NCBI GenBank assembly: GCA_963769425.1
Contig: CAVYLP010000002.1
Coordinates: forward strand, 1-64,000
Length of the DNA stretch: 64,000 bases
Direction: 5' to 3'
Source of the DNA: Candidatus Bathyarchaeota archaeon
Lineage (GTDB): Archaea; Thermoproteota; Bathyarchaeia; TCS64
The notes below the pieces were generated by a model. The model did no database searches, was not told the origin of the DNA, and saw nothing but the letters and a program-made list of their open reading frames with translations. The position numbers and the translations under genes are program-made. Shown in pieces: positions 1-9,130 of this stretch (within the stretch, counting starts at the first letter, position 1; each line of letters begins with the position of its first letter).

Positions 1-450
1 GTCGTGGGGCCCGTCGTTGCTCTTAATCGGCGTGATGACGAGGTTTCCGTTCTTGACCCCGTAGGTGCGGACCCCGCTGAACTCGATGTTATTATTCTCT
101 AGGAGCTTCACCGCCTTCTCCTCGGCGCCCTCGGGGACGTACAGGAAGAACTTCTTCACGAACCTGCCCTTGCCAGCGGAGTCGCTGAAGAGTCTCCACT
201 TCGGCACGTTTGCCACGTTCACCTCGCTCTCGAACTCGACTTCGCCAATCTCCTGGATGCCCCCGTCGGCTCGGGTTATAACGATGCTGGGATAGACGAT
301 CTCCGTCCCAGTCTCTATCCCCTTCCTCTTCACCTCGTCGTTCACTATGGTGATGTAGCCCTCACCCCAGTCCTCCTGGTCGACGAAGGGGAAGCGTGTC
401 GCCGCTATGATCCTGATTATCCTGTTACGGAGGGTCTCGTCGCCAACCAT
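1..450 (-). CDS. hypothetical protein (runs off window), weak PD-(D/E)XK-like pattern
   Basis: Own translation from ATG at 450: MVGDETLRNRIIRIIAATRFPF...YPSIVITRADGGIQEIGEVEFE...KKFFLYVPEG; open to the window edge and directly downstream of the HD gene. Confidence 0.75.
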   Translation of the reverse strand, partial: MVGDETLRNRIIRIIAATRFPFVDQEDWGEGYITIVNDEVKRKGIETGTEIVYPSIVITRADGGIQEIGEVEFESEVNVANVPKWRLFSDSAGKGRFVKKFFLYVPEGAEEKAVKLLENNNIEFSGVRTYGVKNGNLVITPIKSNDGPHD

Positions 451-460
451 CCGATGGCAC

Positions 461-1012
461 CTACAGTCCCAACTCGCCGCCGACCTTCGCCATCGAGTCA
501 AGGCCGATGCGGAAGAACTCGTCAAGCTCCAAGCCAAGCTCAGTGCACTTAACTATGTTCTCCCTGTTCACACCCTTGGCGAAGCTCTTGTCCTTCATCC
601 TCTTGCCGAGGCTTGAGACCTTGATGGAGGCTATCTTCTTGTCGGGCATCATGAGCCCCTGAGCGATGATGAGGCCGGAGAGGCCATCGGCGGCGTAGAG
701 GCTCCAGTCCATCTTGCTCTTGGGGAGCGAGCCCGTCTGGGGGTTGTGGGCCCTTATCGCGTATAGCCCCTCCTCAGGGATGAGACTCTTCACTATCTCA
801 GCCGAGACCGCCCCGTGCTTCGTCCAGTCCTGCCCTACCTCCTCGTAGTCAACGTCGTGGAGGATGCCAGCCGCCTCCCAGAGGTCGGGGTCGCCACCCA
901 GCTTCTCGGCGAGCCCCCTCATGATCGCGCCCACCGCAATCATGTGTTTGACGAGGTTCTCGTTCTTCACATGCTGCTTCACGATCGCGATGGATTCCTC
1001 GCGGGTAATCAT
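461..1012 (-). CDS. HDIG/HD domain metal-dependent phosphohydrolase
   Basis: H...GILHDVDYE...H..RAHN...AAD motifs; start moved to MITREE. Confidence 0.9.
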   Translation of the reverse strand: MITREESIAIVKQHVKNENLVKHMIAVGAIMRGLAEKLGGDPDLWEAAGILHDVDYEEVGQDWTKHGAVSAEIVKSLIPEEGLYAIRAHNPQTGSLPKSKMDWSLYAADGLSGLIIAQGLMMPDKKIASIKVSSLGKRMKDKSFAKGVNRENIVKCTELGLELDEFFRIGLDSMAKVGGELGL

Positions 1013-1250
1013 GGCATATGGGCAGGTTTCAGCGTGTTTAAGTCTTAGCCATTCCATCGCTCACTCCTTAGAAACGATGTTTACCAGCCTTTTACACAGT
1101 TGCTAGTACGCCAAATTCTCGCGCTTACATAAAAGTGAAAAACAGGTGGATTCCACAATGTGTTATTCACCGGTGCCGGCAAACCCTTTTTAAGGCGGAT
1201 TAGGTTAGAATGGGCGAACGAGAGAAGGAGAGTCGAGGAGAACCAGCGCT

Positions 1251-1955
1251 TTGTTCATGCCCCGTGCCTATGACCGCGCCATAACGATCTTCTCACCAGA
1301 GGGAAGACTCTACCAGGTCGAATACGCCCTGGAGCTGGTGAAAAGAGGCGCACCAATCGTCGGCGTCTCGTCACCTCAGGGGGTAGCCATAGCGGCTAAC
1401 GAGTCCCCTGAGAGCGTGCTGGAGGACGGAGACTACTTCCGCAAGATATTCCAGCTCGACGCACACGTCGGCATGGCCATCGCGGGGCTCAGCAGCGATG
1501 CACGTGTACTCATAAACCAGGCACGCGTGTTCTCCCAGAGCAACAGGCTCCTCTACGACGAGCCCGTTGACGTGGAGATGCTGGCGAGGCGCTTAGGTGA
1601 CATCGCTCAGATTTATACGCAGCACGCGGGCGTCCGCCCCTTCGGCGTCAGTACAATCCTAGCAGGTGTAGATTCCGAGGGCAGCAGAGTGATGACGACG
1701 GACCCCAGCGGCAGCTACAGGGGCTACAAGGCCACGGCTGTTGGGAGGAAGAGTGAAGAAGCCAACAAGCTCCTGGAGGAGAAATACAACGACGACATAT
1801 CGCTGGACGGCGCGATCAGCCTCGCAGTAGAGGCAGTGAAGACCGCGTCCGACGGGAACGTGGCCCCAGAGAACGTTAAGGTAGCCGTAATCCCAGTAGA
1901 GACGAAGGTTTTCCGAAGGCTCTCCGACTCCGAAGTGCAGAAGCACATGAGGTAG
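1251..1955 (+). CDS. psmA: proteasome alpha subunit
   Basis: YDRAITIFSPEGRLYQVEYA signature, RPFGVS. Confidence 0.97.
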   Translation: MFMPRAYDRAITIFSPEGRLYQVEYALELVKRGAPIVGVSSPQGVAIAANESPESVLEDGDYFRKIFQLDAHVGMAIAGLSSDARVLINQARVFSQSNRLLYDEPVDVEMLARRLGDIAQIYTQHAGVRPFGVSTILAGVDSEGSRVMTTDPSGSYRGYKATAVGRKSEEANKLLEEKYNDDISLDGAISLAVEAVKTASDGNVAPENVKVAVIPVETKVFRRLSDSEVQKHMR

Positions 1956-1968
1956 AAGGGCCAAAGGG

Positions 1969-2658
1969 ATGGGAAGCAACTACACCCTAGTTCGTTACCA
2001 ACACGGTGGAGAAAAGTACGAGATTCTCGTAGATCCAGACAAAGGATTCGCCTATAAAAAAGGGGAGCCCATCGACATCTCCAACGTGATCCTCATCGAC
2101 ACCATCTTCACTGACGCGAATAAGGGGGAGAAGGCGTCGGAGTCTAAGCTGAAGGACGAGTTCAAGACGAGTGACCCACTCGAAGTCGCGAAGATAATGT
2201 TCGAGAAGGGCACGTTCCTCCTTACTGCCGCCCAGCGGAAGGAGATGACGGATCAGAAGCTCAGACAGATCATCACAATCATCTCCCGGACCTACGTCGA
2301 CCCCGCCACGAAGCTACCACACCCCGTCACCCGCATAGAGAACGCCATGGAGGAGGTCAAGTTCAACATAGACCCCTTCAAGACAGCGGAGGAGCAGGTG
2401 AAGGAGCTAGTCCAGCTACTCAGACCCATCCTACCCATGAGCAGTGAGAACATCCAACTCGCCCTCAAGGTTCCCCCTGAGCACGCCGCCAGGTGCTTCG
2501 GGATAGTCAAGAACTACGGCGAGATCAAGAGGGAGGAGTGGCAGCGCGACGGCAGCTGGGTGGCCGTCGTGGAGCTACCCGCGGCGATGCAGCTCGAGCT
2601 ATTAGATAAGCTCGGAAAGGCCACGCAGGGGAACCTCCAGTCAAAGATCATGAAGTGA
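1969..2658 (+). CDS. ribosome assembly factor SBDS/Sdo1
   Basis: GEKYEILVDP, IFTDANKG, PHPVTRIENAM; conserved position after psmA. Confidence 0.95.
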   Translation: MGSNYTLVRYQHGGEKYEILVDPDKGFAYKKGEPIDISNVILIDTIFTDANKGEKASESKLKDEFKTSDPLEVAKIMFEKGTFLLTAAQRKEMTDQKLRQIITIISRTYVDPATKLPHPVTRIENAMEEVKFNIDPFKTAEEQVKELVQLLRPILPMSSENIQLALKVPPEHAARCFGIVKNYGEIKREEWQRDGSWVAVVELPAAMQLELLDKLGKATQGNLQSKIMK

Positions 2659-3359
2659 TGCTGAACATGAGTGCAAACTTCCAGGATAGGGAAATTGTCG
2701 TCCCCGGGGATGTCGTGTACGAAGGAAAGATCAGGACAGGTGAGAACACCTACCGCGATCAAGACCACGTGTACGCGACCCGCCTCGGCCTAGTCAACTA
2801 CTCCCCGGACAACGTCTACGTAGTCGCCCTCTCGGCGGGGTACACCCCCCTCGTCGGCGACGTCGTGATCGGGCAGGTCGTCGACATCGACCTCGGCGAG
2901 TGGAAGATCGACATAGGGGCGCAGGACCTAGCCGTGATGGGCATCCCCGACGCGGTCGACCGCCCATTCAGGACAGAGTTCGTCATGACGAGGGTCCTAA
3001 ACATCGGCGACACAATAATCGCAAAGATAGTAGACCTCGACAGGAGGAGGACGGTTATACTAAGCATCCTCGGCCCCGGCCTCGGCAGGGTCTACGACGG
3101 CTTCATGATGCGCATCACGCCGTCGAAGATCCCCCGCCTTATCGGCAAGAAGGGGAGCATGATCAACATGATAATCAGGGAGACGGGGTGCCGCGTCGCC
3201 ATAGGGCAGAACGGCCGCATCCTCATCTCCGGACCTAACAGGGAACGCGAAGAGATGGTGGTTAAGACAGTCACCAAAATAGAGCTAGAGGCTCACACCT
3301 CCGGGCTCACAAACAGGACTCAAGAGTATTTGAGACAACTTAAGGAGAGTTCACGATGA
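2655..3359 (+). CDS. rrp4: exosome RNA-binding cap subunit Rrp4
   Basis: VVPGD, S1 domain, KH motif [18 protein letters not shown]. Confidence 0.95.
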   Translation: MMLNMSANFQDREIVVPGDVVYEGKIRTGENTYRDQDHVYATRLGLVNYSPDNVYVVALSAGYTPLVGDVVIGQVVDIDLGEWKIDIGAQDLAVMGIPDAVDRPFRTEFVMTRVLNIGDTIIAKIVDLDRRRTVILSILGPGLGRVYDGFMMRITPSKIPRLIGKKGSMINMIIRETGCRVAIGQNGRILISGPNREREEMVVKTVTKIELEAHTSGLTNRTQEYLRQLKESSR

Positions 3360-4195
3360 GTAAGAAACCAACGACAAAGAAGACGGCGGCCCGGAAGCCA
3401 GCAACGAGGTCTAAAAAAGCAAAAGTCGACAGCTGGAAGAGAGCCGACGGGCGAGCTTTTGATGAGCTCCGCACACTGAAGATTGAGAGCGGCGTCCTTC
3501 CAAACGCGGATGGTTCCGCATACATAGAAATGGGCAGAAACAAGATACTCGCAGGAGTCTTCGGGCCCCGCGAGATGCACCCGAAGCACAACGCGAAGCC
3601 CAACGAGGCAGTGCTCCGCTGCAGGTACCACATGGCGCCCTTCAGCGTCGACCCTCGCCGATCCCCCGCCCCCTCACGCAGGGACCAAGAGATAAGCATG
3701 GTCATGAGGTCCGCCCTCGAGCCCGCGGTCTTCCTCGACCGCTACCCCAGAGCCAGCATCGACGTTTACATCGAAGTACTCGAAGCCGACGGCGGCACAC
3801 GCTGCGCGAGCATTAACGCCGCGGCGGTTGCCCTCGTCGACGCCGGCATCCCCATGAGGGACCTAGTAGCCGCATGCGCCGTTGGCAAGATCGATGAAAG
3901 AATTATCGTCGACCTCGGCGACTACGAGGACAAGAAGGGACAGAGCGATATGCCCGTGGCCTACATGCCGAAACTTGGCAAGGTCACCCTCCTCCAAATG
4001 GACGGCATCATGACCCCGGAGGAGAACGAAAAGGCACTCAACCTAGCAATCGAGGGATGCAAGAAAGTCTACGAGGTTCAGCGCGAGGCGCTGAAGAAAA
4101 AGTACGGCATTGACCAGCCACAGGATAAGCCGCCGAAGGAGTTCCCGCCGGAGGAGCCCTCCGAGGAGCCCACGAGTGAGGAGGGTCCACAATGA
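3356..4195 (+). CDS. rrp41: exosome exonuclease Rrp41
   Basis: [28 protein letters not shown] RNase PH motifs. Confidence 0.96.
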   Translation: MSKKPTTKKTAARKPATRSKKAKVDSWKRADGRAFDELRTLKIESGVLPNADGSAYIEMGRNKILAGVFGPREMHPKHNAKPNEAVLRCRYHMAPFSVDPRRSPAPSRRDQEISMVMRSALEPAVFLDRYPRASIDVYIEVLEADGGTRCASINAAAVALVDAGIPMRDLVAACAVGKIDERIIVDLGDYEDKKGQSDMPVAYMPKLGKVTLLQMDGIMTPEENEKALNLAIEGCKKVYEVQREALKKKYGIDQPQDKPPKEFPPEEPSEEPTSEEGPQ

Positions 4196-4992
4196 GCAAG
4201 AACAACATAGTCAGTCACCTAAAGCAGAAGAAGATCTCCGAGGTCCTCTCTACAGGCAAACGGATGGACGGGCGCGGCTTCAGTGACTTCCGCGAGCTAA
4301 CCATCAAGAGCAACGTGCTATACAAGAGCGAAGGGAGCGCCGAGGTCTGGCTTGGCAAGTCCCACATCATGGTCGGCGTGAAAGTCGGAACCGGCACACC
4401 CTTCGAGGACACACCCAACGAAGGCGTCCTCATGACTAACGCAGAATTCACACCCATCGCCAACGCGGCATGGGAACCCGGCCCACCGAACGAGGCCAGC
4501 ATCGAGCTAGCCAGAGTCGTCGACAGAGGCCTGCGCAGCGCGAATGTACTCACAACCGAGTCACTCTGCATAATCCCCGGCAAGTTCGTTCAGATAGTCT
4601 TCGTGGATCTCTATGTCCTCAACTACGACGGTAACCTCATCGACGCCTGCAGCGCAGGTGCCGTCGCCGCCTTAATGGTCGCTAAGAAGCCAGTCTTCAA
4701 CGTCGTCGAGAAGGAGGCTAAGCCCACTGGCGAGAAGGTGCCACTCATCGTCTGCAAGAAGCCAGTCGCGGTCAGCGTCATAAAGATCGGGGACAGCCTG
4801 ATCCTAGACCCCACCGCCGACGAGGAGGACGTCATGGACGCCCGCCTAACCGTCACGTTCGACGAGGACGACCACATCTGCACGATGCAGAAGAGCGGCT
4901 CAGCCGGCCTAACGGTGGACGAGATTAAGAAATGCATAAATATGGCGCAGGAGAAAGCGCCCCAGATCAGGGCCAAGGTCTTAGGCGACTAA
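4192..4992 (+). CDS. rrp42: exosome subunit Rrp42
   Basis: [30 protein letters not shown]. Confidence 0.96.
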   Translation: MSKNNIVSHLKQKKISEVLSTGKRMDGRGFSDFRELTIKSNVLYKSEGSAEVWLGKSHIMVGVKVGTGTPFEDTPNEGVLMTNAEFTPIANAAWEPGPPNEASIELARVVDRGLRSANVLTTESLCIIPGKFVQIVFVDLYVLNYDGNLIDACSAGAVAALMVAKKPVFNVVEKEAKPTGEKVPLIVCKKPVAVSVIKIGDSLILDPTADEEDVMDARLTVTFDEDDHICTMQKSGSAGLTVDEIKKCINMAQEKAPQIRAKVLGD

Positions 4993-4994
4993 TC

Positions 4995-5246
4995 ATGACG
5001 AGGAAAAAGAAGACGTTCGGTCTACGACTCAGGACGCGCGGAGGAGCCGCCATACAGAAGCGCTGGACACGCATAATGCTCCAGATGAACATGCCCCACA
5101 AGTGCCCTAGCTGCGCCAGCCCGAAGGTGAAGCGCACCGCCGCCGGCATATGGAGCTGCAGTAAGTGCGGCTACAAGTTCGCGGGCGGGGCCTACGTGCC
5201 GTCGACGAAGACCGGCCAGGCCTCCACAAGGGTCCAGGAAGTCTAG
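4995..5246 (+). CDS. rpl37ae: 50S ribosomal protein L37ae (eL43)
   Basis: [26 protein letters not shown]; ATG at 4995; synteny. Confidence 0.93.
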   Translation: MTRKKKTFGLRLRTRGGAAIQKRWTRIMLQMNMPHKCPSCASPKVKRTAAGIWSCSKCGYKFAGGAYVPSTKTGQASTRVQEV

Positions 5247-5259
5247 ACCCAACCAGGCG

Positions 5260-5523
5260 ATGTTTTTGGAGCCTCGAACACAAGCCGAGGCAAAGATTCT
5301 AGTCGAGGCGCCGCGAGGCGCCGTCGACATAATAATCAAGGCGCTCAGACCGGAGCTTGAATCCGGCATCTCAGACAGATCGAAGGTTTTCATCAACGCA
5401 TCTGAGAAGGGGTTAGTCATCGAGGTTTCAGCAGATGACATCACCGCCATGAGGGCCGCGGTGAACAGCTACCTGTACTGGGTGCAGGGGATCATGGACA
5501 TTGGCAGCAGGGTCAGCCCATAG
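5260..5523 (+). CDS. pcc1: KEOPS complex subunit Pcc1
   Basis: ALRPE...ADDITAMRAAVNSYL motif; synteny. Confidence 0.88.
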   Translation: MFLEPRTQAEAKILVEAPRGAVDIIIKALRPELESGISDRSKVFINASEKGLVIEVSADDITAMRAAVNSYLYWVQGIMDIGSRVSP

Positions 5524-5572
5524 GAAGGGCTACCGCTATCAGTCGAAAAAGAAAAAAGGGGAAGGATTCTGG

Positions 5573-6091
5573 CTAGATGTTGAGGTCCAATAGTTTCCTC
5601 TTCCAGATTATGTAGATTATCACGCCGCTGATCAGCATCTCCGGTAACATGTAGCTCGCATTGTAGACTGCGCTATAGACGACAGGACTCCACCCCTCGG
5701 GCGCGTACATCGCGAAGAATACGACGCCTGAGACGAAGTGTGAGAGGAGGCGACCGCCGAGTGCTACGACGACGCCTATGAGGGGTTGCTTCTTGAAGAA
5801 TCCTGCCAGCCCGAGGCAGCCGAAGGCGAGCGGGTAGTCTAGAATCATCCCTATCGGGTTGTAGATGAACCCGTCTAGAGCCATCTGGACTAGGCCGAAG
5901 ACGACACCCGTGAAGATGCCGACCTTCGCCCCGCGCCTGTAAGCTATTAACAGAACTGGGACCATGCTACCGAGCGTGATACTGCCCCCGTAGGGCAGCT
6001 GGAAGATCTTGATGTAGTTCAGTACGACGGAGAGGGCTACGGTTATAGAAACCTCAGCCAGTATCCTCGTGTTCGTGCTTTTTGCGCTCAT
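5573..6091 (-). CDS. thiT: ECF transporter S component, thiamine transporter ThiT
   Basis: LPYGGSITLGSMVP, LDYPLAF, HFVSGVVFF, YSAVYN; TPP riboswitch directly upstream. Confidence 0.92.
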   Translation of the reverse strand: MSAKSTNTRILAEVSITVALSVVLNYIKIFQLPYGGSITLGSMVPVLLIAYRRGAKVGIFTGVVFGLVQMALDGFIYNPIGMILDYPLAFGCLGLAGFFKKQPLIGVVVALGGRLLSHFVSGVVFFAMYAPEGWSPVVYSAVYNASYMLPEMLISGVIIYIIWKRKLLDLNI

Positions 6092-6096
6092 GTAGA

Positions 6097-6184
6097 TCTC
6101 CCTTCGCCGGTATTACCCGGATCAGGTTCAAAGGGTCGACGACTTTCGTCCTCTCAGCCGGGCTCGAGCCCAGCTCCCCTCCTC
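6097..6184 (-). promoter_or_regulatory. TPP riboswitch (thiT leader)
   Basis: Minus strand GGGGAGCTGGGCTCGAGCCCGGCTGAGAGGACGAAAGTCGTCGACCCTTTGAACCTGATCCGGGTAATACCGGCGAAGGGA: THI-box elements CUGAGA, ACCUGAUC, UAAU, GCGNAGGGA; TATA-like TTTTATTAA at 6205-6213. Confidence 0.93.
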
Positions 6185-6228
6185 CTCGAAAGGAATGTGG
6201 CGGGTTAATAAAACTTACCAAAAAGCTG

Positions 6229-6882
6229 CTAATTCCTATGATTCGCCATTTTTACAGCGATGACCCCCGCTTTCGGGCTCGGCTCCACGATGTTGCCTCC
6301 AGGAGCAGGATCGGTGGGGCCGGTGGTCAGCGTCCCATGCGCCTCAACAAGGGTAAGCCCAGCGGCTTGTGCAACCTCCTCCACATCCTCCAGCGAGTAA
6401 AGGTGAGCGTAGCGGAATATCGGGTCGCCCTTGCTGGTCATCTCCGCGTAGAACCTCCCCCACGAGCTGTCCCTGTTCACGAAAAGTACGACGAGAGACT
6501 CGCCAATCTTTGCTGCCTCCCCAAAGGCTTTCACTGGAGCTGGGAGGAACTCCATAACCGTGATCATGTAGGTGAAACTTAGAATCCCCTGTCTTATTGG
6601 CAGGGACTCCGCGCTGCCCAAAACACAGGGAAGCCCCCTTCGCCTAGCCCTTGTCAGCATGTTCACAGAGAGATCGATGCAGACGATGATGCGGTTATCA
6701 TTGGTGAGCGATTCCGCGAAGACTCCGGTACCCGCCCCGATCTCCAGCCCCACACCGTCAGCCGGTATGAGCGCGTCGACTAGAGCGCTTTCGGCCTCTA
6801 GCACCTGCCGCCCCTTCTCCTCCATGTACCAGTCGTCGTAACCACTCGCTGACCTATCGAAGGCCCTGACGGCTTCAGACAT
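6229..6882 (-). CDS. class I SAM-dependent methyltransferase
   Basis: YDDWY, LEIGAGTG motif I, GSAESLP. Confidence 0.9.
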   Translation of the reverse strand: MSEAVRAFDRSASGYDDWYMEEKGRQVLEAESALVDALIPADGVGLEIGAGTGVFAESLTNDNRIIVCIDLSVNMLTRARRRGLPCVLGSAESLPIRQGILSFTYMITVMEFLPAPVKAFGEAAKIGESLVVLFVNRDSSWGRFYAEMTSKGDPIFRYAHLYSLEDVEEVAQAAGLTLVEAHGTLTTGPTDPAPGGNIVEPSPKAGVIAVKMANHRN

Positions 6883-8308
6883 ACTTGAGCAGCTCTCTGA
6901 GGGTCTCGATCAGTGACTCAGGTGTGGTAGAAAGGATCGTGGTTGTTGACTCTATCCCGAACGCCCCGGGGTGGCTGTAGGCGTCGGCCATGTTGCCACC
7001 CGAGAATAGGAACCGTGCGACGGGGCACCCCTCTCCTATGGATTCCGGAGGCAGATCCACAACGCTCAGCCCCATGCCCCTAAGGGCCTCAGCGATGTCC
7101 TCGCCACCCCTAAGATCGACTGCGGCGCGTAGTCTCGGGTCCCTCCTCTGAGCCTCGACGATTACGGAGGCGAGGAACCTCGAACCACCGTACTCGACCT
7201 CCCCACACGCCTTTGGCTTGCCCTTGCTCACGATGACGCGCCCGTTGAGCCCGACGACGTCGAGGGGGCCCATGGGATCGGGCTTGGAGTAAACTAAATT
7301 GAGGCCAACCTGGGGGATCAGCTTCTCAGCCCCCTTCAGTAGCTCGATCTCCTCGAGTGCGTGGTTCACGGAGTCTTCCAACTCGTCCAGCTTCCTGAAG
7401 CTACCGTAGAGCTCGTCGATCTCAATCCTCGCCCCTTCCTCGACCCTCTTCCCGTCCACGATGAGGCCGGAGCCGCTCCGTAGTGAACCGAGGCGGGACA
7501 CCTTAACGCCCAGATCGGAGCATTTCGCGATTATCTCACCCGCGGATCTGGGGTCAACTATGGCGATGATTGTGCCGTATGTTGGGGCGCGGAGGAGGTC
7601 CTGTTTCAGATTCTGGGCCCCCCTAGCGTAAGCTACGTCGGCGGAGTCGAAGCTGAGGCTCACGCTGAGGCTCCTGAGGACCTCACCGAGGGCTCCTTTG
7701 ACTCCCCCCTCAGAGACGTCGTGGAGAAGCTTAACCCCCTCCACCTCTCCGAGGGCGAGGATCGTCTGGAGCGCCGTAAGGCCCCTCCACCTCTCGTCGG
7801 AGCCCCCCCTGCTCAGACTTGTGAGCCACACCGCCTCCCCCCCGACCTCGCCGACGAGAAGGACGACGTCCCCCTCCTGTGGCTTCTTCGGTATCCGAGT
7901 CTGCTCGCCGAGACAGGTGGTTGAGACGAAGGGTATCTCCAATCCGTAGTAGGTGGCTGTCTGCCCCGCAGCGATCTTCACACCATACTTCCTCGCCTCA
8001 TCACCGAGGCTCTTAGCGATAGTCCTTAGATCCGCCTCCCTAGTCCTGAGAGGGAGGTAGATGCCCGTGATCATGTGGGTGGGTCGCCCAAATCGGCAGG
8101 CAACGTTGCACGCCGCGTAGTGAAAGGCGAAGAAGCCCAGCGCCTCGAGGGGGACCCCTATGCTTGGGCTGTGGGAGATAACAGTCCTATCCGTCAGCTT
8201 CACCGTGGCCCCGTCCAGCTCCAGCTCCCTGTCTAACGGGATGAAGGGCAAGACGCTTCGCTCAAATATCTCCCTGGAAACTTTCCCGAGCCCAAGGACG
8301 CCGCTCAT
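6875..8308 (-). CDS. PurM/AIR-synthase-like domain fused to ThiN (thiamine-phosphate synthase family) domain
   Basis: N-term LGKVS, AGQT, LHDVSEGG (PurM-like); C-term LIPQVGLNLVYS, DVVGLNGR, YGGS, HPGAFGIES (ThiN-like). Confidence 0.82.
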   Translation of the reverse strand: MSGVLGLGKVSREIFERSVLPFIPLDRELELDGATVKLTDRTVISHSPSIGVPLEALGFFAFHYAACNVACRFGRPTHMITGIYLPLRTREADLRTIAKSLGDEARKYGVKIAAGQTATYYGLEIPFVSTTCLGEQTRIPKKPQEGDVVLLVGEVGGEAVWLTSLSRGGSDERWRGLTALQTILALGEVEGVKLLHDVSEGGVKGALGEVLRSLSVSLSFDSADVAYARGAQNLKQDLLRAPTYGTIIAIVDPRSAGEIIAKCSDLGVKVSRLGSLRSGSGLIVDGKRVEEGARIEIDELYGSFRKLDELEDSVNHALEEIELLKGAEKLIPQVGLNLVYSKPDPMGPLDVVGLNGRVIVSKGKPKACGEVEYGGSRFLASVIVEAQRRDPRLRAAVDLRGGEDIAEALRGMGLSVVDLPPESIGEGCPVARFLFSGGNMADAYSHPGAFGIESTTTILSTTPESLIETLRELLKYV

Positions 8309-8326
8309 AGCCTTCCAACACTACCT

Positions 8327-8863
8327 CTACGTCAGTCTATAAATCCCTAGTCGACTCCGGACAGCCGCAACGACGGCCACTGAGATTGGGATGAAGATCA
8401 GATCGACCAGCGTGGCGATGTCGATCATGGCCATCCCGGGGCCGAAGAGGAACCAGTCTAGGGATAGGAAGCCTACCGTCTCCCAGACGCAGCCTATGCC
8501 CATTGCGGCTATCTCCCATTTGCTCACCGTCTTCGGCGGGTTACCCTTCCTCCAGCGAACGAGGACGCTGATGAGCACCGCCTCAAGCCCTCTAACGACC
8601 ATAGCGCCGATGACGAAGACCGGCGGGAAACCGAAGGTGACCATCTTGTAGCTGACACCGATACCCATAGCCACAGCGACGGTCGCACCTGCAAGCAGCG
8701 GGTCCATGAGCACCCCCAGGGCGTAGATCAAAATAGGCGCAGCATCGTACTGTGCCAGAGGCTGCGGCATAGGCACCATTATCAGGTTAGCGACAACCGT
8801 GACGGCGGTCATTATGGCGAAAAGCGCCAGCTTACCGCTCGTAGACTTGAACCTTGACTCCAT
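8327..8863 (-). CDS. ECF transporter S component (probable thiamine-precursor uptake)
   Basis: Hydrophobic ~180 aa, LALFAIMTAVTVVA..P, VRGLEA; under a TPP riboswitch. Confidence 0.75.
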   Translation of the reverse strand: MESRFKSTSGKLALFAIMTAVTVVANLIMVPMPQPLAQYDAAPILIYALGVLMDPLLAGATVAVAMGIGVSYKMVTFGFPPVFVIGAMVVRGLEAVLISVLVRWRKGNPPKTVSKWEIAAMGIGCVWETVGFLSLDWFLFGPGMAMIDIATLVDLIFIPISVAVVAAVRSRLGIYRLT

Positions 8864-8924
8864 TTCACTTCATGCATCCTAGAGGGGATGCAGGCGTCAA
8901 CCGCTTGGCAGGTTGACGATAACG

Positions 8925-9020
8925 CGCACCTCCCTACGCCGGCATTATCCGGATCAGGTTCCTAGGGTCGACGTTTACCGTCCTCTCAGCCGGGCACCCG
9001 CCCAGCTCCCCTCTGACACA
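8925..9020 (-). promoter_or_regulatory. TPP riboswitch (leader of ECF-S / PurM-ThiN / methyltransferase operon)
   Basis: Minus strand AGAGGGGAGCTGGGCGGGTGCCCGGCTGAGAGGACGGTAAACGTCGACCCTAGGAACCTGATCCGGATAATGCCGGCGTAGGGA; TATA-like TATTTAAG at 9037-9044. Confidence 0.94.
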
Positions 9021-9130
9021 GCCAGACCGTCAACGGCTTAAATAGCTTTTCCTCCTGAAAACGCTCAGAAAACACCCCTTTAGGGTTAGGGCTTAAATAT
9101 CGTAGCCATTCACTGAGGAAGGTGAAGGGA

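Noticed and set aside
6082-6582. 166-aa plus-strand ORF (likewise 8986-9420 on the minus strand)
   Set aside because: They overlap the TPP riboswitches and real genes on the opposite strand.
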